Assembly: GCF_040938485.1 (NCBI RefSeq)
Contig: NW_027272204.1
Span: 186,001-250,000 of the forward strand
Direction of reading: 5' to 3'
DNA length: 64,000 nucleotides
Source of the DNA: Diadema antillarum
Lineage: Eukaryota
Shown one piece after another: positions 10,346 to 24,807 of this stretch. Made by a program: the position numbers and the translations under genes. The notes below the pieces were generated by a model. The model worked only from the letters and a program-made list of their open reading frames with translations. It was not told the DNA's origin and searched no databases. Each line of letters opens with the position of its first letter. Positions within the stretch are counted from its first letter, which is position 1.

Positions 10346-12470
10346 AATTGACAAGGAATTGACAGGGAAATGGGCAGTTTGCAGAAAACTGGTGCTTTGT
10401 TTTTTTTTTTTGTTCAAAAAAAAGAAACTAGAAGAAACGGATAACTTGCACATTATTTTGTCTGTAGCCACTGACAGAGCAAAACCCTACTGAAAACAAA
10501 GTGAATAGATAAATAGAATAAATAATCTTTCACGATATTGCATAAATCAGAAACGGATTAAAAAAGAAACTACCTACTTTCATTCCAAGGCATTCCGCTA
10601 ACCATCTGTTGTTGATAACTAAAAATGAGGCGCATTAATACCCTCTCTTGCGGACCCTACAAGGACCAGGAAGGGATAATGGGGGTGATCCCTGTCTTTA
10701 GCCGTAGGTATCACGTGTGTAACTACGAATGTTGGTTTGTGCAGTATTATGTAGGATTATAGTAAGCAAGCAATCAGTCTTCTAGCGTATGGAACGTATT
10801 TCAAAGTATTTTGAATTGTTTAATTAATGCAATATTCAGTACATTATATGTATTTGGTGTTTTTCCCCTATTTTTTCATTGTTTCTCAGATCATAAAACT
10901 CCCTTCCCCGCTGTCTATACTAGTATGTGAGAACATGCGAATAATATCATGGCATAATTCTTAATTCGTAATGAGTAATTTGATGTCTGAGCTGATTATA
11001 GATTAATCTATATAGAAGGAAAGATGATGCATTCTTGATACAAGAAACGACACAAATCAATGACAAAATATGAAAGAAAAATTGTCATTAGTTTGTACTT
11101 TTCATAAGGCAATCTGATAAAAGATGCATTAAAATCAAGCTTTATGAGCTGATGGATATACTGAGATGAACATTCATCATATAATTTATTACAATTCTTC
11201 CTCATGAAGTCATTATTGTAAAAAAAAATCGACTTACTTTACATACCTCTACATTTTCAATATATGCGTCAGTAATATTTTACAACAGAGGCATTTGACA
11301 ATCGTATGAACATGATGATAATGGAAGATTTCGTTTGTTTCTACTTAACACATGCTACTATGACATAACTGTTGGCATAGCAAATAAATCTCACAATATT
11401 CAACTCGAAGCTCTAGGTAAATTGGCGTCCTAATATTAACCAAGGATCGTCCAAGGATGTCATAACGTAAAGAGGACTTAATCGAATCCCAGCATTTCGT
11501 GAACCATCATTTCATAAACTATAATTTCTTAAAATAATGGCCGGTGTTACCACATGTACGATTTAGAACGCATCATGCCATCAGTCTACACAAGAAAGAC
11601 CATTCATATCAATGTTCTCCTCCTTCTTAAGGTATTGATGCATTCAATTCAATTCAATGAGAGCCCAAAGGAGGTCATGTGATTGAAAACAAACAAACAA
11701 ACGAACAGATCGCTTTGTGTTAGAGGGTGAAGCAGCAAATACATACAAAAACCCAAATCTGAGCAAAACATATCGAAATGCTTTTTGTGTATCCTGAAAA
11801 TGATGGTCTCTGTAATGAGACACAACAACACTTCTCTGTTGCCCTTTATATAAAGTGCAACAAAAAGTCTTGTTTATTTATTCTCTGACAAATGAAGGTG
11901 CTGACACGTATGTAATAAAGACGACTTTAAACATAGGTCCTACGTAGAGTAACAGTAAGGTACTTTTTTTTAAACCAAGAATGAGATATAGATGCGTTTA
12001 CTCAGTTATAAAAAACCTTAATGGTATAAAAAATGCCATTGGACGTTCTTTTCTACAAAAATTGTACATAGACATCAGGAAACAAGCACAAATACACAGA
12101 TACACACACATCACTATCTACATATTTTCCGGTTATGAATTATATCGTAGTTATCGTTGAATAAGGTAAATTGGTCAACAATTAACCTGATGAAACGTTC
12201 AGCAAATAGTGACTGTCTTACAAACTATATTCAACTCAAACAAAGTCTTGAACCCAAGCACACATGGTAACAATTCAAACTTATGATTGGTATGACACAC
12301 GCATACAAAATAATGTGGAATCCGTAAAACAGTGATAAAGAAAACACCAGTTCAAGTTTTCAAGATACTCTCACTGGCTTTGATGGTTCAATTTGGCGAA
12401 ATATGTTTTGTTTTTTGGTTTTTCTAAAAATCTGGGCTTAAACTCACGGCTTGCTAATGTTGGATGTCAG

Positions 12471-12620
12471 NNNNNNNNNNNNNNNNNNNNNNNNNNNNNN
12501 NNNNNNNNNNNNNNNNNNNNNNNNNNNNNNNNNNNNNNNNNNNNNNNNNNNNNNNNNNNNNNNNNNNNNNNNNNNNNNNNNNNNNNNNNNNNNNNNNNNN
12601 NNNNNNNNNNNNNNNNNNNN
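12471..12620. other. Assembly gap (150 N)
   Basis: Run of N. Confidence 1.
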
Positions 12621-13080
12621 TTGTATACAGACTCAAAGCGCTTAAACAATTTTAACAAAATGCAAGATATCGACAATATTTACAAGAAAAACAAAAAAGA
12701 GAAAGGACAAAACAAAACAAAACAAATTAACAGTGACCTTAAACTTGTTAGATCACCAGCAGTTTAATTCAGTACGAACTATTATTGAGGTCTAAATTTT
12801 GGAGCAAATAAGTTTCCAACATTTTTTCATTGATCTTTGTTAACTGCTGATTGGATATTTGGGGAGAGACTGTTCCAGGATTGTGGTGCTGCAATACTGA
12901 ATCTGCATATTATATACTGAATACTGCAATACTGCAATAGTTACATTCCATCACAACTAGCCAACATGAGTGCGTACGGGACTTTTTAAGAGTCTTCAGA
13001 AACTAGCGAGTTTTGTCAGTGGACACCAGAATGGCCAAACGTGAGAGCGGTGACCAGCTAGTCAATTTGTCAACATTTCC

Positions 13081-16000
13081 TCATGCTTCTTTGAGCTCGA
13101 AACCCGGGTTGTCCGTCCCAGGGGTGTCGGACATCGGATGACCGGTATTCCCGTTGCTCTCGTAGTTCATCTTTGGTTCGACATCATCGACTGCCACCGC
13201 GGCGTCTTCCTGCTTCTCGTCCTCCTCTGGCGCCATCATCTTCTCACAACAACTACGACACACGAGGTACCTGAAAGATTGATTGCTGATTGTTTATACA
13301 TGGAAGAACAGAATCATTCGAATAATGATTCTGAAATGGGCAATCCATCTATTTCGTAATCTTTGATTATTCATGTATAATTTCTGTGTATTTTTTTAAT
13401 GTGAAATGGAGAAAATAATTAACAAACAAAGCGAACAAAAAGTATTATCAGTCGGGCGAGCATTACGATAACTCATGCCATTGCGAATACAATGACACAT
13501 AGTTTGCAATAGACAATCTTTCTTAATTTATTCTAGGTTGATATTCCCAAAACAAGCTAAAAAAAAAACAAACAAACTAACGACTAAGCTAGATTTCTCG
13601 AATGTATACTGAATTAGGCATACAATGTACGTATTTTGCATTATAACACATTTTATGTTGAAAGGATGTTCCAGAGAGAGAAGGAGAGAGGGAGGGAGAG
13701 AGAAAGATTGGTAATGATAGCAGAGCACATTATCATAAGAGAGATAAATGAGCTTTAGCTCATGATGACTTTGAAAAGATATGACCCCAACAAATACATT
13801 GTACTTAAATAATGGTATACGGGTCTCGATATCTCTTTCATGAAGAAAACCGCCTGACGTCATACCTGAAACATGAATAGAGGATGGATGCTAGAGTGCC
13901 TTCGATGAGCGTTACCAGGACAACGGTGAGCTGGACTCGTGCGATCAGGTCGGCCTCGGGTTGCGGGTAGAATAGCGCCACAATGGTGCGGCCGAGGAGA
14001 GCGTTTTGCACACCGGTCTCCAGGGCGATGGTGATTGAGGTGCGCACGTTTCGGCCGAAGATCCGCGCGAAGGCAAGCCCGAAGAAGGCACCACAGGCAG
14101 GCGTGATGATGCTCGCTATCCAGTTCTGCATTGAGATAGAGTAATGTTTTGGTGATCTCCCCGTATTCTATACTCGTCTTACTCTGCAGGTACTCAGTAT
14201 CTGTCTTATTTGTATATATTCATATACATTGTATATTGTTTCCCCGATTGTGTCTCTGTTTGCTGTTCCGTCTTTTTAAAGTGAGGTGGGGATGGGAGAG
14301 CCTATATCTGACGAAGCTTTCCAGAAAGTTAGCAGTCGACATTAAATTTGTCGCAGCATAAGTCACAACACATGCATTGGTTTACCTTTACAGTTACCGT
14401 TGCATTTACATTTCCTTGTTTAACGTCACATACATCATGTAAGAAAGGAAAGCAGTTGGGTTTGACTTCTCATAATGTATATACAGTATGACCCAATACC
14501 AGAAACATAGAAAGAGAGATGTACAGATATAAATTGACAGATTATGTAGACAAAAGAATGAAAATACCCGCAATCTCCATCATTTCAGTTAAGGTGGCAA
14601 CACAATGCTTCTTCCTTTCTGAACATAATATCATTGGTATGTTTTTAACATCATTGGAATTTCTTGAATAACTATGAAAGATTTGGTAGTGAGCCGTCCA
14701 GAATAAAGACTTGAGTGTTTGGACCCACCCTGAGAGGCGAGGTTGTGTAGGCGTAGAGATCGGCTGGGATGCCGAGCGAGAGACCGACTATGATGAGGAG
14801 GGCTGACACCGGTTTGATCACCTTGGCGCAAAATTTCTTGAACCTTTATGAACAAATAGAGATGAGTAGACATTAGAAGTGATTAAAAGATAGAGGACAT
14901 CAAGTTGCAAACTTTATAATTACCATGCATAATGATAGGACGTCACTGTATACAACTTTAACCAAATGTGTAACTAAAGTGATTTCTTTCATTTGTGTGG
15001 GGTTGTTGTTCTACTTGGTGTTTTGCTTTTACTTGGATTGTTTTAAGCGTAGCAGCTAGGAAATTACATTCTGGTGTCAGAGGAAAAGAATGTAAGTCGT
15101 GTCGTCTCATCGATGAAATGGGATAAGGTAAAAATTACAAGATACCATCTACAATAGCGGGAACCTGGCTTCATCCAAAAAGGGGGCCTATCAACATCGT
15201 GCATATTTCTGAGAGTAGAAGATTATAACTGCTCTCATACATCTCAAGTCTTGAAGACCTATCTAGTGGTGTATCTCGACGGTGCTATTGATTATAAAAA
15301 TTATCACCTAACTCTTGAGATTCATCATACTATATCTTAATTAACGGCTTTCATCGCTACGTTATTAATGTCCAATACTAGTATGCGATGGCACGTTTTA
15401 CCTGTTTGTTTTATTTTGCCTCAAAAGTGCTATGTCATAGATAGCATGTATGTACTTTACGCTTTGTCTATTACGAAATCTAGGAGGCATACAGAAATGA
15501 AGATATAAATGCATTCTCGCAAGCTAAGTGCTTAGTTTATTAGTGGTGTTTGGACTTGCTTTGGAAACTTGTAGGATAAGGCGATGCCAATGAACACGGG
15601 TAGCACAAGGATAACGAGCTGCTGGACGAGTTCGACGTATGGCGTGCTCAGCCGAGAGTCTCCCCGCGTGAACGGCGTCGAGTAGATAAAGAGGTTCAGC
15701 GGCATCATTCCCAGGGCGATGATGGAGGAGAAGAACGTCATCGTCACACTTAGTACGAAATCGACGTCGAGGAGGACGCTGAAGATGTTGCTGAGCCAGC
15801 CGCCTGGGCAGGTGCCGACGAGAACGATACCGATAGCCGCCGTCGGCTCATCTGTAGGGACAGGAAAATATTTGCTTGTAATCTCTTGACAGCTTATTTT
15901 CATAATAGAAGTGACCATTGTTAGGTTCATGTAATGTCGGAAGGTAAAGATAATCATTATGTTTCTCTAAAGTTAAAAAAGGCTAGAAGTCAAAGGTTTT

Positions 16001-16718
16001 CTAATCTCAGACATATGAGAATGGATTCATTGATTAAAGAATATATTTCAGTATATTCTTGTTTCCAAAGATTTTTGGGAATGACATACTAAAAGACAGA
16101 AAGGATGAAGGTGTTACCTGTGACAAGGATGGCAATAGCGTAGGTCATAGCTGGCATAATAATGAACTGACAAAATATGCCGATGAGGACACCCCATGGA
16201 CGCCGGACCTTCTCCCAAATCGCCTTGAGGTCCATACTGCCACCCATAGAGATGTAGCTGATAACTACCCAAGCGAGGATCACCCAGATATAGACCACCT
16301 GAATGAGGCGAGGCACACGCCTGACCCCAACTGTCTGAGACCCGGCGGACAGGGCGTCCTGGCCCCCCTCGGGCGTGAACAGAATTTCCAGATCACCGAT
16401 GTCAATAAACTTCCCCGCGATGGTCACGCTAATGTTGCGCGGATAGATGTCCCCCGTCGTCAGGTTTTCGCTGAAGTCGGTGTCCACCAGATCGAAGTTC
16501 CTTGGTTTTTCTGAACGCATGGTCAAAATTCCGTTTTCCGTGACTTCTGTGACGTACAAGGTCACGTTGGCTTCGGAGCCCTCGTACACATAGACGGTAT
16601 CCTCGGCGTAGGTGATGTTGACGGAGGTTGACGTGCCGCATTGACCGCGGACGGTCGAAAATAGGACCATCAGCGATGTCAGGATGACGACTGTCCTCAT
16701 CACACCTTGGGGAGCCAT
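13081..16718 (-). CDS. SLC10-family symporter-like protein, 5-exon copy B (about 485 aa)
   Basis: complement join(16118-16718, 15560-15851, 14729-14843, 13866-14125, 13081-13270) gives 1458 nt in an open frame. Motifs GTCPGGWLSN and ETGVQN; signal peptide. It aligns without gaps to copies A and C across the junctions. Intron 2 requires a GC donor. An acceptor (TTTTGCAG) 4 nt before the ATG implies an upstream exon. Confidence 0.87.
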
Positions 16719-18347
16719 ATTTCTGCAAAAGTTACAAAAAGATATTTCATCAGGTAGCAAACATTAACAAATGATTGTTATATAATTGTATAACGCATCA
16801 AGTACTGTTCTTTCTAAACTACGAAGAATGTTAAAATGTTATGACCTTCCAGACTGAAATTTAAAAAATGTTGTCATTTCATGTAAGACACATTATTAAT
16901 GATGAGAATGTTTAAACAGTCTCTGCTTGTCGTGCGTTCGAGCCAAGCCGAATAAGTGACGGCAAAAGATTATTAACATTCTACTAAAGATCAATTGCAC
17001 AGACATGTGTTCTTGTTATATTTCCGTGCTTCCAACTGAATGCTGGATGCTTGCAAACTCATGACATTTTTGTTATAGGCAGAAAGGTGTCATTGCATTC
17101 GGGGATTTCCCACATTCTTGTTTGACACTCTCCTGTCATATGAACTAATAGCTGCTGACAGGTTATGATGAACCAGTCTATGTGTAGGCCAAACTGCCTT
17201 ATGAGATATTGTTATTGAAATAATCAGATCGTTCTGCCGACATTCGGTGCAACTTTCGTTCCCCCTACCACGAAGAAAGTGAGGATATGTGATAGACCGA
17301 CCGACCATAGGTAACGAAAATCTCTGCCAAGTATTTATCACGGCCTACATTGTATAGGTCTTTCTGCATGAACTCTTCACAGTGATTACAAATAATTCAA
17401 AGCTTCAGCGAATTTAGAATTGATAAGAAGATAATGAGTTCGCGTGTACTTTTTAGGGGGTTGGGGGATGATTCTAATAAGTCATTGACAAAGGTCCAAA
17501 CCTTAAGCAATCAATTGCCTTTGTAAGAAACTAATGGGCTTCTGATCAGTAACAGTATAGGTGTAGAAAAGTACTATGTATGATACCGCCGTTTAGTTTT
17601 GTCTTCCATGGTCAACGGTAATACTATCGCATACACATTGCAAGCTTTATTCGGCTGATGAGCATGTACATGTAAAAATTGCGCTGTGACTGCCAAATTT
17701 TGCATTCTGTTTTAGGCGCATCGGAACCTGTCCGGTCCGTGCCCAACAGCCCGAGGGAAGGGACGACGCAGGGACCCACTCATTGCGCCTACTTCTTGAG
17801 TGTCCATGGGAACGATGTTAAGTACGAAGCTGTAGCATTTTTAAGTTGTACATCGTGCGATCTGGAGCTTGCTTAAGATAATATTTGACTTATTCTAGTT
17901 AAAACAGTTAAGAAATTGATCATAAATGTGACTTTTTGATGGCTGAAAATCCATGGTGTTTTTTGTGTGTGTGTGTGTAAGACCCGAAGGAAAAAAAAAT
18001 CGTCATCCTTACCCGTGTAAGCAAGGCAAAGAACCCCTGAGGCCTCACGCCTAATGCATGAGAGTTGAGGTTCGAAGAATGATTTTTAAGCATTTAAGAA
18101 AGTCTTAATGACCTGCAATATTCATTTTTCATACGTCGCCTTATGAGTGCTATCGACACGAGACAGTTTCGGCAGTCGACAAGGTAGCAATGAATTCCTT
18201 CATCGTTGTGATGTATTAATGGTTAAATAAATCTGTAAAACCTCTCCACGGAAAATTCAAAGTTCAATAAAGTTTAAAAACGTGCCTTTTATGAAAAGCC
18301 ATTCCGACTGCCCAATCCATCATATACATTGTAGGCTTACATGAACG

Positions 18348-18383
<36 letters not shown>

Positions 18384-18648
18384 CAGTATATATGTATATA
18401 TATACATGTTTATTTATATATATATATATATATATATGTACATATATATATGATCAAATAGATTATTATCTGGTAGTTTTGTCAAAAAATTAACCAAAAT
18501 TTGTTGTACATATAACTTTATTACAACTTGCTCACTATTTTTAGATAAGTCTGTCATTACCTGTCATGTGTCCAGAATAGGACCATGGACCTTGCATATC
18601 ATGTTAACATGTTCTTTGTTTTGTTTATGAATAAAGGCGTGATTAAAA

Positions 18649-18654
<6 letters not shown>

Positions 18655-18718
<64 letters not shown>

Positions 18719-18735
18719 CTGTGTGTGTGTGGGTG
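18655..18735. repeat. Compound (AT)n(GT)n microsatellite
   Basis: Direct reading of the sequence. Confidence 0.9.
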
Positions 18736-21700
18736 TATTATGTAGGCTCTATTAAATTGTAATACATGAGTACCATCTGCATGATGTCCGTGTACAAAAT
18801 ACATTGTAATGCACGAAAGATACGCCGTCGTGGTAAGACCGTGTAAATGACGTCTGTCCTGTGAGCTACGATGGCTCCCACTGAGGGCAACTCATTATCT
18901 TTGTGAGAAAGTATCGGCAAATAGGCGAAAGGTGTTAGCCAGCTTATGACGGACTATGTAAATTTGCACAAAGACATGTATTTGTTTACTCTGTCTTTAT
19001 TCATGAGGACAGTTTCGTCTGCCATCGGTTTGATGCGGTCTAGACTGAGATCATAATGTTGATTCTCATTTCAAATGTAATCAAAGGCGCTGTGAACATG
19101 TCAAACACGCCCTATTTGATTTTTTCCAAGCATTACGTAATCATGTTTGGCACATTCGTTATTTTCAAGGTGTCTTGCGTCATATCTAATTTTGGTCGCA
19201 AGGACTGCATGTTCTAAATTAATTTCAGCATCAAAACGATGATCACACGTTTTGCCGATGTGCTATTTCAGGATATTGTGTCAACAATTGTGATCGACAG
19301 TAGGGTTATGAAAGTCGGCCCTTTCAATAGTCGGCTTTTAGTATAACGTCAACGTCATAATATGTTATTTCCCAGTTGATTTAAGGATAGATGATTTCAG
19401 CAGAACAGATGAAATATAGGCCTACTTAAAAATGTGTTGCTTATCAAATCAAAAACAAGCAATTCATTAGGTTTGCTTGTAATTTAGGAAGACGGTATCT
19501 ACCCCATCTCCCGCCTTCCCCCCCCCCACCCCATCCCCCGCTGAATTAGTGCATCATTATTATCACATAATTTTCGGCGTCTGCGTCAAATATTTACTTA
19601 CTCAGTTTCTGTAAACAGTCATGCGCTGTATGAGCAAAAGATATTCTAGTGTCTGATGTGTTCATCAGTAATTAGCCTATGACCTCGTAAGATTTTCTTT
19701 TTTCACACAGACACAGACAAACACAAACACACACACAAATTTGCATACTATTGTCTTGTTCAAGACTGTCTCCGTTGTCAATTTTAAGCGTGTTTTATAT
19801 TATTTATAATCATTACGTTCCCTATTTTCATTCGAAGCATTTTGATCTAGAATTTTTCATGACGTACGCAAACTCTTTTCTGTCATTGTAATCTCACTGT
19901 CATGCACTGAGCAAGACCCTCCGATCAGGAATGATTGGTTATAGCTTTGGTTTGGTTTTGGGTCAGTTTGGTATAATTTCATTTTTATCTTTCACGTTCC
20001 GTAACAAATAGAGAGAGAATAATCCATAACCAAAGTGAAGCAGACGATACAAAACAATTCAGGAATTGCCACTTTCGTAACATCGGTTGCCATGGTGACC
20101 ACAGTCCAAAATCACAAGGGAGCTTCCACATTACAGCGAAGGGAGAGAAAAATTATTCAAATAACCGCCACCATAAAACAGATTCTAACTAAAGGATGGT
20201 GGTCCCATAATACAAAGAAAAGATATATCGGCTTAGAAATCATGCTACACACAAAAATGCTTTATTTCTGTATACATAATGTTATCTTAAGATACATATC
20301 GTCAAATAAAGTAAATTTTGGCTGACGATTGATGATTGTACTACTTGTGCACAGACTATACAACGTCGATGTGACTTTTATTGTGTTTCCTAGAACTTAC
20401 TATAGTAAAATAACTCCCCAAGTTTGACTTGACTATGAATAACCAAAGTAGATCAGCTACACAGTATGCTATCTTTGCAGAGTCATAAAAATCTGTCAAT
20501 CTGAATGAAAGTTATAAACTTTCTAAAGGTCTCCAAGTTGTCATGGAGCAGTGAGATTGATCGCAATCTCAAATGTGAAATAAATGAGATGATTTCATCA
20601 TCGCCTCTTAACTATCTCATTTTTTTTCTTTGAGAAGGTGGTGTTGAAAACGGTGCTTTTTCTCAATAAGTAATGGACTGCTCTTATGTAATTTAACGGA
20701 AAGTGATTGAATTCATCGCTCATAATTACATTTAATTTAATGATGGTTTGTGTGTGGGAAAATATATAGATTATACCATTGTATCATTAATCATACAAAT
20801 GCCATTGCGACAAATGATAATGTTTCATTAAAACATAAAAAGTTCATAAAATTGAAAAAGTAATAAAAATATTACCTTTTCTTGATTTTATGTTATCTAT
20901 TGACATGGTTCTATTATTTATTGAGATTGCATCAGTAATTCGTATTCTAAATCATCGGCGTAGCTGGAATATGCTTGTAATGTGCCGGTCATCATGTTTG
21001 AGAATGAGCGACAATCTTAAACATTCTGATAAAGTAGTAGTGCACAAAAATTTGTACGACAGAATAGAATTATATTCATAAGTTAAACCTTTAATGGTCA
21101 CAAAAGGAAAGATTTATATATACATTGCTAGGTACTATATTTCCAAGTTTTATATGTACAGTATCTGTTGGCGAAGCTGCGTTGAATTAGAGAGTTAAAG
21201 ATGAGAATTATGGTTGACAATAAAGGATGTCTGACAGATCAGTTACTTTCAGTGATAGTATGCTCACTTAGTTCCATCCTCTGATAGACAAATTATTTAT
21301 GGTCTTATGAAGAATAGTCAGAATTAACAGATTACATAAAAATCATCATCTCACTTGTCTACCATTGACCTGTTAACCTGTACACAGAGTTTGATGATAA
21401 AATTTCCTTTATTTTTACTTACAATAATAAGAATAAATTGCAGCTTTTGGATTGAATTATTGTAGGCTGGTGATGATCTCGCAAAAATTTCATGTTAGGG
21501 AGAAATGGAACTTTTTAGCTTCCCCTCCATTTTCAACATTTTCAACAGTTTTTTAATAAATATCATGCATTGTTATGCATTTATATCATTGTTTCGAGCA
21601 ATGTAGAATCCGTACATTGCTTCGTTTTGTTTTGTTTTGTTTTGATATGTTTTGTTTTGTTTTTGTGGGGGGGGGCATGGTATGTTTTGTACACGTTTCT

Positions 21701-22818
21701 TTGTTGGCATTGAAAACAAATGAAGTGAAATGAAATGAAATGAAACACAGCTGCTTTATCATCATTTGCCAAAAATCCAAAAGAATGGTTGTGCTTGAGA
21801 CAAATAATATCATTCGAATGAGATGTGCATTCATGTAAACTTGTACAATTCCATATACCTTTCTTATCGCAAGTCTGGTTTAGATGAAGCCTCACGCTGC
21901 GTAAAGATACCATATGCTATTCTATTTAGTTAAGCGAAACCAAACGTTATGTAAAATATTTAATTCTCTTTGATTCGGATATGCTGACCGTCCAACTCAT
22001 TGTCACACAGCTCACTGTGACTTGACAACCAATCACGACTTTGTTATCATAACCCATAAAGAAGTACAGCTGTATTCTCTGACTGAGACTGCCTATTACT
22101 GTCTCGTAGACTCAGTATACAAGAAATATTTGTTGAGTATTCGTCCTGAAAAAAAAAAATAATGTAAGTCACTGTTTGCGAAGTAGAAGTATCAGCATAA
22201 ATACCAACACCAGTGACAGTGAACTGCTTCTTTAGTAAAACGTACGCGGTAATCTACACATTTCACGTGAGGGCATGTACAAAATATCAATAGAGCCATA
22301 TGAACTTCACACCTAATTATCCAGTTATAGATTTGAAATATATCGTGACAAAACAAAATTACTTGATGAGTAATCATATAAAAAATTATCAGAGATATAT
22401 TCACAGTACTTAGGTGAAAGGAAAAAGAAAAAATGGTTAAGTTATACATGTTACTTTTTCAAAACTCGTGAGCAAGCGAATGGTGAGAGTATACAAAGCA
22501 CGCAGGTTGTACTAAATATCAGATGTACATGAACCAAATGACATCAGACTCATTTCTTTGTCTAAAAGTTTTATCTTCCGAAAGCATGGCATAGATCTCA
22601 CATTTAAATGGATTTATCTTGCTTTAAACCTGCTACAAACGAATGACGAGATGAGACAATGAAAAAGACATGCACACTAAACGCGCATCATCTGCAGAAA
22701 CACGGCTATATTGATGATATCAGCTGCAAATGAGATTGGAGTTTCTCAATTATGTTGGTTCAAAGAGTCATTAGTGTAAAGGCGTAAGCTCCACACTGTC
22801 ATGCTCATGTATACGTCC

Positions 22819-24474
22819 TCATAAATAAACCTGCCTCGCAGCTGGGTTTCTAACATCGACACCGTCTGGTCTTCCCAAGGAGTCAAAAGTACCAATAGAC
22901 GACTGACTTGATCGCATCTGTCTTACAATGTCAGATCGTCGTATGTTGGATCTACCCGAGTCGGCAACGAAACCGTAATTGACCAACGAAACATCCCGGT
23001 TAGACCGTCGCACCTCTTCGAAATCGACCTGCGTAGACTTCGAAAACATTCCCTTCGGCGGAGCTCCTTTTTTTCTCTGAGATTTAGTCTGAAGTTTCGC
23101 CGGACCTATTCCCTGGATCCTGGCCGACAAACTGGTGATGGCGCCTCCTGAAGATTTAGTAGTAGCCTCGACTCCATTGACGGCTACGTCTTTGCCGTTT
23201 TCTTCGTGTTCGGGCAATTCGTATCGACCAGGATATCGCTTCATGATGACGTAGATGCCGGTCATGGTGAGTAGAAAAACAAATGTCATAACGACGAATA
23301 ATACCGGGACCCTAGTCATAAGGTCGGCTTCGGGTTGCGGAAGCGACAGAGCAATGACAGAGGTTGCCAGGAGGGCGTTCTGAGCACCTGTTTCTATGCA
23401 GATTGTGATGGCGGAGTGGTTTGAGAGACAAGTCATTTTTGAAACAAGCAGACCGAGGACAGCTCCGATTACTGGCAGAAGGATGGCGCAAAGATAGACT
23501 TCGACCGGAGATGCGAATGCGTAGTAGTTTGCCCACAAACCTGCAGCAAAACCAAGAACGATGAGAATGAAAGCCAAGGGTTTGAGCAGGCGACGGAACC
23601 ACTTTGCAGCCTTAGGGTAACGATGGGCGACGTAAGTGCCGATTGAGAGTGGAACGACCAGGGTGATGAGCTGAAGGAAAATCTGGAGGAAAGGTATACG
23701 GATGCTGCTATTACCGCTGGTGTAAGGTCTGGCGTAGATGAAAAGATTTAGTGGCATGAGTCCTAGGGCGATCACGGTGGAGCAAAAAGTCATCGTCAGA
23801 CTCAATATGAGATCGCAGTCGAGAAGGAGCGTGAAGACATTACTTAACCATCCTCCGGGACATGAACCCACGATAATCAATGCCACAGCCGTAGGGGCGT
23901 CGAGTCTTAAGGCCCTGGCCAAGAGAGCCGCACAGCCGGGCATGATGATGAACTGGCAAAGGGCTCCGATAGCGACGCCAAATGGTCTTTTTAGCTTTCC
24001 CCGTATCAGGTTCCATTCCAGCTTCACGCCCATGGTAACATAGCTTACCATAAGCCAGATCAACAGCACGTATGTAAAGATGGTGTTTATGGGGCCGGCA
24101 TTTCGCTTCACTTTCACGACGAAGGGCTGAATATCGAATCTTGGATCGATCAAGCCAGTGCTCCCACGTACTGTAAATTGAATGGCATCGATACCAAGGG
24201 AAATTCCCCGAACGGGAATCGCTATAGTCTGCAAAGCCACCACATCTAGTTCGAAAACATCCTGATCCAAGGTAAATATACGTGTATTACTGCTGGAAAC
24301 TTCAACAGTTAGCGGCTGCGTCACTCCTGTCAGATTCACCTGCAATGTGTCGACTTTTCCATTTGAAATCAACAAGAAGTCTTTTGGCAGAGTTGTGTAG
24401 TTAAATTCGGCAGAACTGACCCCCGCTAGCACAAGAAGCATTATCGTACCAAGATTTACCTGCATCGAATTCAT
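22819..24474 (-). CDS. SLC10-family symporter-like protein, intronless copy C (551 aa from MNSMQ; the ORF extends to 24519)
   Basis: Near-identical TM core to copy A (GSCPGGWLSN, ETGAQN). The start is set at the Met aligning with copy A's Met. The cytoplasmic tail is about 100 aa longer. Confidence 0.92.
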   Translation of the reverse strand: MNSMQVNLGTIMLLVLAGVSSAEFNYTTLPKDFLLISNGKVDTLQVNLTGVTQPLTVEVSSSNTRIFTLDQDVFELDVVALQTIAIPVRGISLGIDAIQFTVRGSTGLIDPRFDIQPFVVKVKRNAGPINTIFTYVLLIWLMVSYVTMGVKLEWNLIRGKLKRPFGVAIGALCQFIIMPGCAALLARALRLDAPTAVALIIVGSCPGGWLSNVFTLLLDCDLILSLTMTFCSTVIALGLMPLNLFIYARPYTSGNSSIRIPFLQIFLQLITLVVPLSIGTYVAHRYPKAAKWFRRLLKPLAFILIVLGFAAGLWANYYAFASPVEVYLCAILLPVIGAVLGLLVSKMTCLSNHSAITICIETGAQNALLATSVIALSLPQPEADLMTRVPVLFVVMTFVFLLTMTGIYVIMKRYPGRYELPEHEENGKDVAVNGVEATTKSSGGAITSLSARIQGIGPAKLQTKSQRKKGAPPKGMFSKSTQVDFEEVRRSNRDVSLVNYGFVADSGRSNIRRSDIVRQMRSSQSSIGTFDSLGRPDGVDVRNPAARQVYL

Positions 24475-24807
24475 GATGTTTGGATGATTGCGTCCATCAA
24501 CAGCTAGGTAGATTGTCATTAAAATAGGAAACAGACGACATCAAAGACTTGTCTCGTCCGACAATACTAAAAAAGTCGTTTCCTATCAAATGAATGATTG
24601 ATTATGACGCAGACAAAGTCCTGTCATTCATGCTTCACTGCTGTAGCTCTCCTTCGTTCGGTCCAGTAATCTCCAAGTAGAAGACAATATAAGTACACAG
24701 TTGTTATTTTTTCGATGAATCAAATTGTGCTTCAATCTTTCTCCATGCATCAATCAGTAACATCTACCATGCGCAGGTCCTCTGAATCCTGTCGAGCAAT
24801 ACTCATT

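Noticed and set aside
12393-12767. ORFs spanning N-gaps (also around 34.4 kb and 46.9 kb)
   Set aside because: They are artefacts of translating through Ns.
24475-24519. 15-codon N-terminal extension of SLC10 copy C
   Set aside because: Copy A starts at the Met aligning with MNSMQ, and the extension would precede the signal peptide. It is probably 5' UTR.
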